64,000 nucleotides of DNA from Dehalococcoidia bacterium (GCA_965204855.1 OZ242018.1:1109135-1173134); one strand, 5' to 3'; shown: positions 51,501 to 61,958, counted from the first letter of the stretch. Notes: generated from the sequence alone by a model not told the origin. A program made the numbers and translations.

Positions 51501-54356
51501 TTAGCGCGGTGTGGACTGTCCGAGTGAATTGTTGCCCCAGCATTCGATGACGCCATCCGGCCTTACTCCGCAAGTATGTTCAAACCCTGCGCTAATGGAT
51601 ATGAAAGCGCCTTCGGGTGGCGCGGACTGATGGAGCGAATTACTACCCCAGCAAACGACGGAGTGGTCGGTCTTCACTCCGCAGGTGTGAAACCATCCGG
51701 CGCTGACGGATATGAAATCGCCTTCGGGCGGCGTGGCTTGGCCGGCGTACACATCTTCCGATAATCTTGTAGTATTCCACCAACATTCGACGGAGCCGTC
51801 ACCCCTAACCCCACAAGTATGTGCAAACATTATGCTGACGGATGTAAAGGTGCCTGAAGGCGGCGGCGGTAGGTTAACTTCAGCTTCTTCTTCCATGTTT
51901 TCGTATTCGTAGTAACCGCATGCAACGGAGCCGTCGGTCTTCACTCCGCAAATGTCCATTTCCCCTACGCTGATGGCGGCGAAACTGCCTGAAAGCGGCT
52001 GAAAGAACTCTACCGCATCATCAACTCCCCAGCATGCGATGGAGCCGTCGAGTTTCACTCCGCAGCTGAGAAACGATCCTGTACTGATGGACGCAAACTT
52101 GCCGTCAGGTGAAGGGTATTCGCCGTCAAAGTAACTGCCATATTCATCGTAGCCCCAGCATACTACGAAATTGTCTATCTTTACTCCGCAGGTGTGCCCA
52201 ACCCCTACGCTCACGGATATGAAATCGCCGTCGGGTGGCGTGGACTGGTGGAAGGAATTATCACCCCAGCAAACTATGGAGTCGTCGGCCCTCACTCCGC
52301 AAGTATGGATGGGTCCGGCGCTGACGGACTTGTACGATGCGCTGACCGGCGGCGTGGCTTGCCCGATGAAGTTGCCGTAAAATTCGTCCTTATTGCTGCC
52401 CCAGCATTCGATTGATCCGCCGGTTCTCACTCCGCAGCTGTGATGCCAACCTGCGCTAACGGATACGAAATTTCCCTCGGGCGGTGTGGCATGCCCAATG
52501 AAGTTGCCTTCCCAGTCCTTATTGTCGCCCCAGCATGCAGCAGAGCCGTCGGTTCTCACCCCACAAGTATGCACATTCCCTGAGCTGACTGATGTGAATG
52601 TTCCCTCGGGTGGCGTGGACTGATGCAAGGAATTATCACCCCAGCATTCTACGGAGCCGTCGGTTCTTACCCCGCAAGTGTGTATCTCCCCAGCGCTGAC
52701 GGATATGAAAGTTCCCTCGGGCGGTGTAGCTTGTCCGACGAATTTGCCGTCAAAACCATCTTCATCACTGCCCCAGCATTCTACGGAGCCGTCGGTTCTC
52801 ACTCCGCAGGTGTGAAGCCATCCGGCGCTTACGGATATGAACGCGCCTTCGGGCGGCGTGGCTTGCCCTGTGAAATTGCCGTTGAAGTCTTCATTGCTGC
52901 CCCAGCATTCTACGGAACCGTCGGTCTTCACTCCGCAAGTGTGAAGTTTGCCCGCGCTGACTGAGGTGAATGTCCCGCTGGGTGGTGTGGCTTGTCCGAT
53001 GGATTTGTCGTCAAGACCATCTTCATTGCTGCCCCAGCATTCGATTGAGCCGTCGGTTTTCACCCCGCACGTGTGCCTATTTCCTGCACTGACTGAGATG
53101 AATGTTCCACTGGGCGGTGTGGCTTGCCCGATGAATCTATAGCTGGTGTCTCCTCTGTTGCTTCCCCAGCATTCGACGGAACCGGAGGTCTTTACTCCGC
53201 AAGTGTGAAGTTTGCCCGCGCTGACGGAGGCAAATGCGCCGCCGGTAGGTCTGTACTGACTGGGCGGCGTGGACTGGCCGAATGAATCGTTGCCCCAGCA
53301 AATCACATAACCGTCCGTTCTCACTCCGCAAGTGTGAGCGTCACCTGCGCTGACAGAGGTGAATGCGCCTTCAGGCGGGATAGATTGACCTACACTATGG
53401 AATTCGTAATCATCGTGCCAGCAGACGACGGAGCCTTCGGTCTTCACTCCACAAGCGTGCGTATCTCCCGCGCTGACCGATGTGAACACGCCGTCGGACG
53501 GCGTGGACTCGTAGTATGAGTGGTACTGGTCATTTGCCCAACAAACGACCGAATTATCAGTTGTGATTCCACAGTCGTCGCTTCCTGCGCTAACGGAGAT
53601 AAACGCGCCTTCGGGCGATACTGCCCTGAGTCCCCAGCAAACGACGGAGTTATCGGTTTTCAATCCGCAAGCGTGGGTATCCGCTGTGCTGACCGATGTG
53701 AACGCGCCTTCGGGCGGTGTGGATTGGTGGTATGTGTTGTCTCCCCAGCAGATGAGGGAATGGGCGGTTGTCACTCCGCACGCGTTTCTCCCCGCGCTTA
53801 TGGATATGAATGTGCTGTCCGGCGGCGTGGATTGTCCGGCGGCATCATTCCCCCAGCAGACGGCTGATCCGTCGGTTTTGACGCCGCACGTGTGTTCTTC
53901 CCCTGCGCTGACGGCTACGAAATCGCCGTCGGGCGGCGCGGACTTCCCAAACTCATTGAGACCCCAGCACGCGACGGAACCGTCGGTCTTCACTCCGCAA
54001 GTGTGAGTATTTCCGGCGCTGACCGACTTGAAGGTCTCAACCTCCTGCCGGCTGACTGACTCGGCGCTGTCTTCACTCGTCAGACTTCTATCAGCATTAG
54101 TGGCAGTGGGTTCGGGCGTTGGCGCTGCGGTTGCAGTGGGCGTGGGCTCAGGTATGGGCGATGGACTTGCCGTAGGCGTGGAGACAGGTATTGGTGTTGC
54201 GGTGCGCATGGGGTCGGGCACAGGCGTTTCGGTTGCAGTGGGATTGGGTCTAATCTCAGTCTGTGTCGCAGGCGGCGCCTGCCTGCTGCAGGCGATGACG
54301 AGCAGTAATGAGAGCGCCAAGCCTGCTGTCGCCGTCAGGTTGAGTAATCGCCTCAA
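51501..54356 (-). CDS. RCC1-repeat (beta-propeller) lipoprotein, 21 repeats by hand count
   Basis: Lipobox LLVIAC, Pro/Thr linker, then 21 units of F.SVSAG..HTCGV.TDGSV.CWG.N..GQ.TPP.G. Confidence 0.9.
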   Translation of the reverse strand: MRRLLNLTATAGLALSLLLVIACSRQAPPATQTEIRPNPTATETPVPDPMRTATPIPVSTPTASPSPIPEPTPTATAAPTPEPTATNADRSLTSEDSAESVSRQEVETFKSVSAGNTHTCGVKTDGSVACWGLNEFGKSAPPDGDFVAVSAGEEHTCGVKTDGSAVCWGNDAAGQSTPPDSTFISISAGRNACGVTTAHSLICWGDNTYHQSTPPEGAFTSVSTADTHACGLKTDNSVVCWGLRAVSPEGAFISVSAGSDDCGITTDNSVVCWANDQYHSYYESTPSDGVFTSVSAGDTHACGVKTEGSVVCWHDDYEFHSVGQSIPPEGAFTSVSAGDAHTCGVRTDGYVICWGNDSFGQSTPPSQYRPTGGAFASVSAGKLHTCGVKTSGSVECWGSNRGDTSYRFIGQATPPSGTFISVSAGNRHTCGVKTDGSIECWGSNEDGLDDKSIGQATPPSGTFTSVSAGKLHTCGVKTDGSVECWGSNEDFNGNFTGQATPPEGAFISVSAGWLHTCGVRTDGSVECWGSDEDGFDGKFVGQATPPEGTFISVSAGEIHTCGVRTDGSVECWGDNSLHQSTPPEGTFTSVSSGNVHTCGVRTDGSAACWGDNKDWEGNFIGHATPPEGNFVSVSAGWHHSCGVRTGGSIECWGSNKDEFYGNFIGQATPPVSASYKSVSAGPIHTCGVRADDSIVCWGDNSFHQSTPPDGDFISVSVGVGHTCGVKIDNFVVCWGYDEYGSYFDGEYPSPDGKFASISTGSFLSCGVKLDGSIACWGVDDAVEFFQPLSGSFAAISVGEMDICGVKTDGSVACGYYEYENMEEEAEVNLPPPPSGTFTSVSIMFAHTCGVRGDGSVECWWNTTRLSEDVYAGQATPPEGDFISVSAGWFHTCGVKTDHSVVCWGSNSLHQSAPPEGAFISISAGFEHTCGVRPDGVIECWGNNSLGQSTPR

Positions 54357-54461
54357 GCTGTCAGTTCTCCGATATGCGGGTGTATCCGACAGGGTTTACT
54401 AACCTGGCCAGCGGGCTCAGGCCTGTTCTTATATATCAGAAAGGGAACGCTATCCGACATA

Positions 54462-56711
54462 TCAACCCTGCAACGCGCCTTCCAGTCCATTTCTCCAGGT
54501 GGCCTCCAGCTCTGAGAGGGGCACGTCGATGAGGCTGCCGATTGTGAAGCGCGAGTCCGCGACCGTGCCCAATATGCACCAGTCGATTCCTTCTCGGTCG
54601 CAAATGCTTCTGAGCAGGTCCATATTCTCTTGGGAGAGCGACACTACTATGCGGGACTGCGCCTCCCCGAACAGAATGGCATCCCAGCGCGCGCCTGACG
54701 CGGTGAGCTTCGCGCCCAGCGCCGTGCCAGCGCCGCACTTCACGCCCAGCCCACCTGCGATGCAGGACTCGGCAAGCGCGACGGTCAAGCCGCCGTCTGA
54801 ACAGTCGTGCGCCGACTCGATGACTCCTTCAGTCGCGAGACGCCGGCAAGCTCGCTGCAAAGCTGCCTCGGCTTGAACATCAAGAGCAGGTCGGCCCGCG
54901 ACCAAGCCGCGCATGACTTCTAAGTATTCGCTGCCCGCGAGCGAGGAGGCGTCCGATGTCAACTCTGATGCGCCTAGCAGCAATATAATGTCGCCGGGCT
55001 TACGAAAGCCGGTTCCTACGTTCTTGCGTACGTCCTCAAGCAGCCCAAGACAGCCGATTACAGGCGTTGGGTATATACCCTCGCCCTGCGTCTCATTGTA
55101 CAGGCTTACGTTGCCGCTGATGACGGGAACATCCAATACGCGGCAAGCCTCCGCCATGCCGAGGATGCATTGCTCAAGCTGGTAGTATGTCTCCGGTTTT
55201 TCGGGGTTGCCGAAGTTCAGGCAGTCGGTCAGAGCTATTGGCTCCGCTCCCGTGCAGGACACATTGCGGCATGCCTCTGCGACGGCAATCATGCCACCGA
55301 CAAACGCGTCGAGGTAGCAAAGTCGTCCGTTACCGTCGGTGGATAACGCGATGCCTTTGCGAGTTCCCTTCACGCGCAAAACTGCGGCGTCCGCGCCCGG
55401 CGCACCCACGGTGTTCGTCTGTACCTGGTGGTCGTATTGGCGATAGACCCATTCCTTGCTGGCGATGTTGGGCGACGCGAGCAGTCTGAGCAGCACTTCC
55501 GACGGAGAATCGTTCGGAAGCGACAATTCGGACAGGTCTCGTGTCTGGATGTCCGTGAGCCACTGGGCTTTCGTTCCCTGCAGGCGGTACTGGGGAGCGT
55601 CCGTAAGCGTGCTGACAGGCGGCGCGCCCTGCAACTCGCCGCCATCGCCATCGCTGTCGATAATCCGCGCCAAGCCGTCGTCCGTTGACCTGCCGATGAC
55701 AGTTGACTGCAAGTCCCACTTGTCGAAGACTGCCTTGACTGCGGCCTCGTGTCCGGGCTTGACGATAACCAGCATGCGCTCCTGAGATTCCGAGAGCATT
55801 ACTTCGTAGGGGGTCATTTCCGTCTCGCGGCGCGGCACCAGAGCCACATCGATTTCAAGTCCGCTGTTGCCGTTGGATGCGGCTTCCACAGACGCGCTGG
55901 TCAGGCCCGCCGCGCCCAGATCTTGAATGCCGATGACGTGGTCTGTCTTTGCAATTTCGAGACACGCCTCAATCAACGACTTCTCCATGAACGGATTGCC
56001 GACCTGTACGGTTGGGCGAAGTTCGCGCTCTTCCTCGAATGTGCGGGAAGCAAGGCCGGATGCGCCATGAATGCCGTCGCGTCCTGTGTCGGAGCCGACA
56101 AGCATCAGGACGTTGCCCGGCCCGTCGGTGGTTGCGCGGACGAGTTCATCGGCTGACAGGATGCCGACACACATAGCGTTGACGAGCGGGTTCCCCGCGT
56201 ATGAGTCTGAAAAGCAGACCTCGCCGCCGACATTCGGTATGCCGATGCAATTGCCGTACCCTGATATGCCCGCGACCACTCCGCCCAGTAAGTATCGGTT
56301 TCGCGGATCGTCGAGAGAGCCGAACCGCAGGGAATTCATAAGGGCGATGGGCCGCGCACCCATAGCAAATATGTCTCGGACTATGCCACCCACGCCGGTG
56401 GCCGCGCCCTGGTACGGCTCAATGGCAGATGGATGGTTGTGCGACTCGATCTTCATCACGATGGCGAGCCCGTCGCCGATGTCCACGACACCCGCGTTTT
56501 CGCTGCCGGGCGTTACGAGCAGGCGAGGGCTGTCACTGGGAAGCAGGCGCAGCAACGGCTTGGAGTGCTTGTATCCGCAATGCTCACTCCACAGGGAACC
56601 GAACAGACCGAGTTCGAGATGGTTCGGCTCTCTTCCGAGCCGCTCGACTATCGCCTCGTATTCGGCTTCAGTGAGCGCGAGTTCGTCCAGCGCTTGTTTT
56701 GAAACTGCCAT
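54462..56711 (-). CDS. purL: phosphoribosylformylglycinamidine synthase subunit PurL
   Basis: LALTEAEYEAIVERLGREPNHLELGLFGSLWSEHCGYKHSK. ATG 56711; the ORF-track extension to 56807 is a translated family-A repeat. Confidence 0.95.
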   Translation of the reverse strand: MAVSKQALDELALTEAEYEAIVERLGREPNHLELGLFGSLWSEHCGYKHSKPLLRLLPSDSPRLLVTPGSENAGVVDIGDGLAIVMKIESHNHPSAIEPYQGAATGVGGIVRDIFAMGARPIALMNSLRFGSLDDPRNRYLLGGVVAGISGYGNCIGIPNVGGEVCFSDSYAGNPLVNAMCVGILSADELVRATTDGPGNVLMLVGSDTGRDGIHGASGLASRTFEEERELRPTVQVGNPFMEKSLIEACLEIAKTDHVIGIQDLGAAGLTSASVEAASNGNSGLEIDVALVPRRETEMTPYEVMLSESQERMLVIVKPGHEAAVKAVFDKWDLQSTVIGRSTDDGLARIIDSDGDGGELQGAPPVSTLTDAPQYRLQGTKAQWLTDIQTRDLSELSLPNDSPSEVLLRLLASPNIASKEWVYRQYDHQVQTNTVGAPGADAAVLRVKGTRKGIALSTDGNGRLCYLDAFVGGMIAVAEACRNVSCTGAEPIALTDCLNFGNPEKPETYYQLEQCILGMAEACRVLDVPVISGNVSLYNETQGEGIYPTPVIGCLGLLEDVRKNVGTGFRKPGDIILLLGASELTSDASSLAGSEYLEVMRGLVAGRPALDVQAEAALQRACRRLATEGVIESAHDCSDGGLTVALAESCIAGGLGVKCGAGTALGAKLTASGARWDAILFGEAQSRIVVSLSQENMDLLRSICDREGIDWCILGTVADSRFTIGSLIDVPLSELEATWRNGLEGALQG

Positions 56712-56720
56712 GACGCAGTT

Positions 56721-56759
56721 GGCCCCCATCCTAACCTTCCCTCGGGAGGGGGAAGGAAT
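56721..56759 (+). repeat. family-A hairpin repeat, copy 7 (forward on + strand)
   Basis: ggcccccatcctaaccttccctcgggagggggaaggaat. Confidence 0.85.
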
Positions 56760-56769
56760 ATATTGTCGA

Positions 56770-57237
56770 TTATTGTATGCCAAATGTGATAAGGATGACG
56801 CCGCCAATGACGAGCAACGTCCCCAGTATTGTTCGCGCGGTTACTCGTTCTACCCCCCGCAGGAATACCAGAGCCAGCAGGACCGTGAAGAGAGGATGCA
56901 CGGCCGCGAGCGGCGCGACAAGTATCGCGGGCGCTTCTCCAAGAGCCAGAAACCAGCAGGTCACACCCCAGGTCGAGGCGCAGCCGGCGAGGGCGACGAA
57001 GAACCAGCCCCTCTTTTGTGGACGAACCTTGAAGTCCCTGCGAATGTGACTCTGGAAGATAACGGTCAGCACCATCGTTCCAAGGATCATCGAAAACGAA
57101 TTGGCGACTAGTGGCGGTGCTATGTCAGTGGCAATTTTGCGTCCTAACACAGCTAACGTGCCGTAGCATGCCGCCGCGCCTAACGCTGCCCCGTAGCCGA
57201 GTGCAGTCTCTCGCTGAATGCCTGCCAGTAGCGTCAT
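56770..57237 (-). CDS. half-size EamA/DMT protein (5 TM)
   Basis: 155 aa, five hydrophobic helices. ATGA overlap with the preceding half-size gene. Confidence 0.7.
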   Translation of the reverse strand: MTLLAGIQRETALGYGAALGAAACYGTLAVLGRKIATDIAPPLVANSFSMILGTMVLTVIFQSHIRRDFKVRPQKRGWFFVALAGCASTWGVTCWFLALGEAPAILVAPLAAVHPLFTVLLALVFLRGVERVTARTILGTLLVIGGVILITFGIQ

Positions 57238-57656
57238 CGCTGCCCCACAATCAGGGCGATTCCGCCAATGATGGCGAGCGTACCCGTAAAGATAAACAGG
57301 TTCATGCTCTCGCCGCCGACGGTAACGCCGAGTATAGCGGCGAACAATGGAGATGCGCCCACTATCGGAGCGGAGCGCGCTGCTCCGAGTTTACCGACAC
57401 TCGTGAAATTGAGAAGCCGTCCCAGCGGGAAATTGAGCGTTCCGGTGAGTAGAAACCAAGCGAAGGCTATGCCGCTCAAGGCCAGAATGTCATCGAAGTG
57501 GAACGCGAGCGCAAGCGTGAGGGTGATGGCGATTCCAACGAGAAGCGAAATGAATGTGCCGGTGGTTGGGCGGACATACTGAATGCCCATGCGGACGAAC
57601 ACTGCGCTTGCGCCGAAACCCAGCGCGGCTGACAGGGCGAGCGCGGCGCCGAGCAC
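57234..57656 (-). CDS. half-size EamA/DMT protein (5 TM)
   Basis: 140 aa, five hydrophobic helices. GTG start shares one base with the purQ TAG stop. Confidence 0.7.
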   Translation of the reverse strand: MLGAALALSAALGFGASAVFVRMGIQYVRPTTGTFISLLVGIAITLTLALAFHFDDILALSGIAFAWFLLTGTLNFPLGRLLNFTSVGKLGAARSAPIVGASPLFAAILGVTVGGESMNLFIFTGTLAIIGGIALIVGQR

Positions 57657-58372
57657 TATGCGGACACCTTTCCAAGCCTTGCACCTGACAGCGCGTCAAT
57701 CATCGACTGGAATATGAACTTGCCGTCCTCGCCGCCGAGAATGGCGTCGCAGCAGCGCTCAGGATGAGGCATCATGCCGAGGACGTTGCCCTGCTCATTG
57801 ATGATGCCGGCGATGTTGCGCAGCGAACCGTTCGGGTTGGCTTCACGGGTGATGTTGCCGTCGGAGTCGCAGTACCGGAAAACGACACCGTTCTGTTCTT
57901 CGAGAAGATCGATTACCGCAGGATCGGCGAAGTAGTTGCCCTCGCCGTGCGATATTGGGACCCGCAGAGTTTGGCCAACTTCTGCCGCGCTCGTGAAGGC
58001 AGTATTCGCATTCTCCACGCGTAAGGTTGTCCACTGGCAGCGAAATTGCAGATGGTCGTTGGGCAGCAAAATTCCAGGGAGCAGCCCCGCCTCACAGAGT
58101 ATCTGGAAGCCGTTGCAGATGCCGATAACCAATTTACCTTCAGCCGCGAAGTCGGATACTGCCTGCATCGCAGGGGAGAAACGGGCTATCGCGCCGGGTC
58201 GAAGGTAGTCGCCGTAAGAGAAGCCGCCCGGAAGGATGACGCAATCGTAAGGTGACAGGTCGGTGTCCTTGTGCCAGACGTATTCGACAGGCTGATGGAA
58301 AACGTCATTGAGGACGTCGAAACAATCGACATCGCTCCATGTGCCGGGGAACACGACTACGCCGAATTTCAT
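57656..58372 (-). CDS. purQ: phosphoribosylformylglycinamidine synthase glutaminase subunit PurQ
   Basis: [17 protein letters not shown]...[10 protein letters not shown]...GICNGFQIL...MMPHPER. Confidence 0.95.
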   Translation of the reverse strand: MKFGVVVFPGTWSDVDCFDVLNDVFHQPVEYVWHKDTDLSPYDCVILPGGFSYGDYLRPGAIARFSPAMQAVSDFAAEGKLVIGICNGFQILCEAGLLPGILLPNDHLQFRCQWTTLRVENANTAFTSAAEVGQTLRVPISHGEGNYFADPAVIDLLEEQNGVVFRYCDSDGNITREANPNGSLRNIAGIINEQGNVLGMMPHPERCCDAILGGEDGKFIFQSMIDALSGARLGKVSA

Positions 58373-58374
58373 TC

Positions 58375-58827
58375 CTAGAGACTCCGCAAGGTCTGGTTGA
58401 CGAGCGCGCTAACCTGCTTGCCGTCCGCGCGGGCGCGCACCTGCGGCATGACCCTGCCCATCACCTTTCCCATGTCCTGTGGGCCGCTGGCATTGAGTTC
58501 AGCGATAGCCGACTGCACGATTGCCTCTATCTCATCGGCGTTGAGGGGCTGCGGCAGGTACTGGACTACGATGGCAAGCTCGGCTTCTTCCTTTGCGACG
58601 AGGTCGGGGCGGTTACCTTTTTGATACGCCTCGATGCTGTCGCGGCGCTGTTGCGCCTGCTTGCTGAGTACCTGAGTTACATCGTCGTCGCCAAGCGCGT
58701 CCGTGCGCTTTGCCTTTTCTTCGTAGCCGATGGCAGAGAGCAGCAGGCGGATTGTGTCGCGCTTTACTGTGTCCCGCTGGCGCATTGCGTCCTTCAGGTC
58801 GTTGGTGAGAGTTTCCTTTAGCGCCAT
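58375..58827 (-). CDS. GatB/YqeY-domain protein
   Basis: [31 protein letters not shown]...[20 protein letters not shown]. Confidence 0.9.
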   Translation of the reverse strand: MALKETLTNDLKDAMRQRDTVKRDTIRLLLSAIGYEEKAKRTDALGDDDVTQVLSKQAQQRRDSIEAYQKGNRPDLVAKEEAELAIVVQYLPQPLNADEIEAIVQSAIAELNASGPQDMGKVMGRVMPQVRARADGKQVSALVNQTLRSL

Positions 58828-58868
58828 GTTGGTGTCCTATCTATCAATTCAATTCTTGTGGTTCGCGC

Positions 58869-60341
58869 TTATAGCCGGTCGCGCGCTTTCGCAATCAGGT
58901 CTAGGCTGCGCTCGCGTCCCAGCACTTCGAGAGACTCAAACAATGGGGGCGCAATGCGCTGTCCCGTGGTCGCAACGCGAAGCGTGCCGAAGAGCTGGCC
59001 TGCCTTGACGTCGAGGTCCTTCACCATGCTGCGCAGCAGAGTCTCGATTTGTTCAGCGTCGAACGGGTTGAGCGCGGCGAGCTCGTCGTGCGCGGCTTCG
59101 AGGCAGCGCCGGGTGGAATCGGCGTCCATCCTGCGCTGTATAAGGTCGTCGGTTTCGTACTGTATGCGCTCCTTGAACAGGAAGGCGACCAGAGGCGCGG
59201 CATCTCGCAGCGTCTTCAGGCGCTCCTGCACCAGCGGCACGATTCTCAGCGCAAATTCACGCGAGGGCAGATTCGGAATTTCAGGCGGCGGGAAAGCCGA
59301 CCAGAAGTCCAGCAGGGCGTCCGCAAGCTCGTCAGCGCTCATCTCCCGCATGTAGTGGCCGTTCATCCAGTCCAGCTTGTCGTTGTTGAATATCGCGCCG
59401 GACTTTGAGACGCGCTCTATGGAGAAGTTCTCGATGAGGGCCTGAGTCGAGAACAGTTCGGTCTTGTCGTCTAGGGACCAACCGAGCAATGTCAGGAAGT
59501 TGATCATCGTGTGGGGCAAGTAGCCCATCTCGCGGTAGTCGAGTAGCGATGTAGCGCCGTGCCGCTTGCTGAGCTTCGATCGATCGGGCGCGAGAATTAT
59601 AGGCAAATGCGCGAACAGAGGCGGCTTCCAGCCCAGCGCCTCGTAGAGCTGAAGGTGTCGCGGCACGCTCGGCAGCCACTCTTCCCCTCGGAGGACATGC
59701 GTAATTCGCATCTCGTGGTCGTCAACCAGGTGCGCGAGGTGATATGTGGGGTAGCCGTCCGACTTCAGCATTACGAAATCGTCCACGAGGCGGTTCTCGA
59801 ATGTAACCTCGCCGCGAACAAGGTCGTCCACCGTGGTCGTGCCTTCAAGCGGCATCTTGAATCTTATGACGGACGACTCGCCTTTCGCTTTCATTTCAGC
59901 TTCCAGGCGACTGCGCTCTTCTTGGCTCAGATCGCGGCAAAGGCGATCATAACCTATGGCTATCTGCTGCTTGGAGCGAGCCTTTCGCAGGGCATCCAGC
60001 CGCTCCGGAGAACAGTAGCATCTATAGGCACACCCGGCCTGCACGAGCATTTCAGCGTGTCTGGAATACAACTCGAGCCGCTCCGACTGCTTGTAAGGAG
60101 CGTACTTGCCACCGACGTCGGGACCTTCGTCCCATTCGAGTCCCAGCCAATTCAGGGCTTCCATGATGACTTCGACCGCACCGTCAACGGCGCGCGCGCG
60201 GTCGGTATCCTCGACACGCACTATGAACTCGCCGCCGTGCCGTTGCGCCAGCAGCCAGTCGAAGATAGCGGTGCGTATGTTGCCGACGTGCGGCTCACCG
60301 GTCGGGCTGGGCGCGAAGCGCACCCGGAAGTTGCTGCTCAT
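58869..60341 (-). CDS. gltX: glutamate--tRNA ligase
   Basis: RVRFAPSPTGEPHVGNIRTA (HIGH-type) and KLSKRHG (KMSKS-type). Confidence 0.95.
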   Translation of the reverse strand: MSSNFRVRFAPSPTGEPHVGNIRTAIFDWLLAQRHGGEFIVRVEDTDRARAVDGAVEVIMEALNWLGLEWDEGPDVGGKYAPYKQSERLELYSRHAEMLVQAGCAYRCYCSPERLDALRKARSKQQIAIGYDRLCRDLSQEERSRLEAEMKAKGESSVIRFKMPLEGTTTVDDLVRGEVTFENRLVDDFVMLKSDGYPTYHLAHLVDDHEMRITHVLRGEEWLPSVPRHLQLYEALGWKPPLFAHLPIILAPDRSKLSKRHGATSLLDYREMGYLPHTMINFLTLLGWSLDDKTELFSTQALIENFSIERVSKSGAIFNNDKLDWMNGHYMREMSADELADALLDFWSAFPPPEIPNLPSREFALRIVPLVQERLKTLRDAAPLVAFLFKERIQYETDDLIQRRMDADSTRRCLEAAHDELAALNPFDAEQIETLLRSMVKDLDVKAGQLFGTLRVATTGQRIAPPLFESLEVLGRERSLDLIAKARDRL

Positions 60342-60444
60342 GTTGTGCGACGCCTCCTGCTGCTATTTATTCTAACATGCGGCGCAGCAACACTCTAATG
60401 ATTGCGTCAAGGCGATAGGGACTAGGAGTTGGTGCTCAGGATGC

Positions 60445-61362
60445 TTATGAGTCTGTTCCGTCCGGGTAAACGGACTTCAGAAATGCCGTCAACTCTGAGG
60501 ACGGTGAAGAGGTGAACTCCAGATATTCGCCTTCGGAGGGATGTGCGAACCCTAACTTCGAAGCGTGCAGGAAGTGTCGGTTGAGACGGCTGTCGGATTT
60601 TCCGTAAGTTGCATCGCCCACGAGCGGATGGCCGAGCGACGCGAAGTGTACACGAATCTGGTGGGTACGCCCTGTAGTGGGACGGATTTCAACAAGCGTA
60701 TGCGCGGCATAGTATCGGATTACGCGATAGCGCGTTATTGCCTCGCGCCCTCTCTCCGCAACCGCCATCTGCTGGCGATTGGCGCTCGAGCGTCCGATGG
60801 GCGCGTCTATTATCGCCTCGTGTGGCGTTACGCTACCGTGAGCCAGCGCGATATATTCCTTTGTGAACTCGCGCGCCTTCAGCTGGTCGCTCAGGACGCG
60901 GTGGGCAGGGTCGTTCTTGGCTACCACCATCAGCCCGGAGGTGTCTTTGTCCAGCCGATGCACTATACCGGGGCGCACCGTACCTCCGATGCCCTGCAAG
61001 TCCGGGCAGTGCGCCAGCACCGCGTTGACCAGTGTGCCGTCCGGGTGGCCGGGAGCGGGATGGACCGTCATTCCGGCCGGCTTATCAATCACGAGCAGGT
61101 CGCCGTCCTCATAGACGATGGAGAGCGGGATGTGCTGCGGCTCAAGACGACTGACTTGCGGTTCCGGCAGGCGAAGGACAACCATCTGTCCTGCTCGGAC
61201 TCTGGCAGATGCTTTGGCTGCCTCGCCGTCGAGCGTTACGCTGCCTTCGGAGATGAGTGTCTGTATCCTCGAGCGCGACAGGTCGTCACAGCGGCTGTCT
61301 AGAAATCTGTCAAGTCGCTCGCCGTCGGTGTCGGCCTTGAAGGTAAATGTTGTGGGACTCAC
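60445..61362 (-). CDS. rluD: RluA/RluD-family 23S rRNA pseudouridine synthase
   Basis: S4 domain then HRLDKDTSGLMVVAKN and GRTHQIRVH. Confidence 0.9.
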   Translation of the reverse strand: MSPTTFTFKADTDGERLDRFLDSRCDDLSRSRIQTLISEGSVTLDGEAAKASARVRAGQMVVLRLPEPQVSRLEPQHIPLSIVYEDGDLLVIDKPAGMTVHPAPGHPDGTLVNAVLAHCPDLQGIGGTVRPGIVHRLDKDTSGLMVVAKNDPAHRVLSDQLKAREFTKEYIALAHGSVTPHEAIIDAPIGRSSANRQQMAVAERGREAITRYRVIRYYAAHTLVEIRPTTGRTHQIRVHFASLGHPLVGDATYGKSDSRLNRHFLHASKLGFAHPSEGEYLEFTSSPSSELTAFLKSVYPDGTDS

Positions 61363-61364
61363 AT

Positions 61365-61958
61365 CTAGCTCCGTGTGTCAACGTTACCGGACGTATCGCC
61401 CTGGGCGGTTTCACCTTCTGAAGTGATTTCTTTCCTGCTGTCGAAGAGCAGCAGCACGATTATAAGGGTTGCCATGCCCACGCATATCGAAGAGTCGGCT
61501 ATGTTGAATATAGGCCACCAGCCCACGTCTATGAAGTCGGTTACGGCGCCGAATGCCACCCGGTCGAAGAGATTGCCGAACGCACCGCCGAGCTGCAAAC
61601 CGATAGCGAGGCGAAGAATCGGACGCGGGAGCGCGTAGGCTCGATAGAAATAGACAAGGAAGCCGATGGCAATGATGGACGCAAATATCAGGAACAGCGT
61701 CTGGTTCGGCAGCAAGCCGAATGCCGTGCCCGTGTTCGAGCCGTGAGTGATGCGTATCAGTCCCTCCGCAGGCCACGATTCACCCAACCGCAATGTGCCC
61801 TTGATGATGAATTTCGTGAGCTGATCGGCGGCGAACACCGCCGCAATGGTGGCGAACAGTATCCAGTCTCGTTGCAAGGTCCACCGGCTCTTGGCATCCT
61901 GTGGTCCTTGCACTTGGGGGGGCGGTTCTTCCAGTTTTGTGCGCTCTTCCATGTTCAA
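61365..61958 (-). CDS. lspA: lipoprotein signal peptidase II
   Basis: NTGTAFGLL and WPIFNIADSSICVG motifs, 4 TM. Confidence 0.9.
   Translation of the reverse strand: MNMEERTKLEEPPPQVQGPQDAKSRWTLQRDWILFATIAAVFAADQLTKFIIKGTLRLGESWPAEGLIRITHGSNTGTAFGLLPNQTLFLIFASIIAIGFLVYFYRAYALPRPILRLAIGLQLGGAFGNLFDRVAFGAVTDFIDVGWWPIFNIADSSICVGMATLIIVLLLFDSRKEITSEGETAQGDTSGNVDTRS

Noticed and set aside
51501-54356. Diversity-generating retroelement target or hypervariable locus
   Set aside because: The window has no reverse transcriptase, no template-repeat copy and no adenine-specific variation pattern between repeats.
56071-57111. 346-aa + strand ORF spanning the purL 5' end and an EamA half gene
   Set aside because: Antisense to two supported genes and crosses an intergenic repeat. 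The product is low-complexity Ser/Pro/Arg.
59559-61302. + strand ORFs 59559..60398 (279 aa) and 60565..61302 (245 aa)
   Set aside because: Antisense shadows of gltX and rluD.
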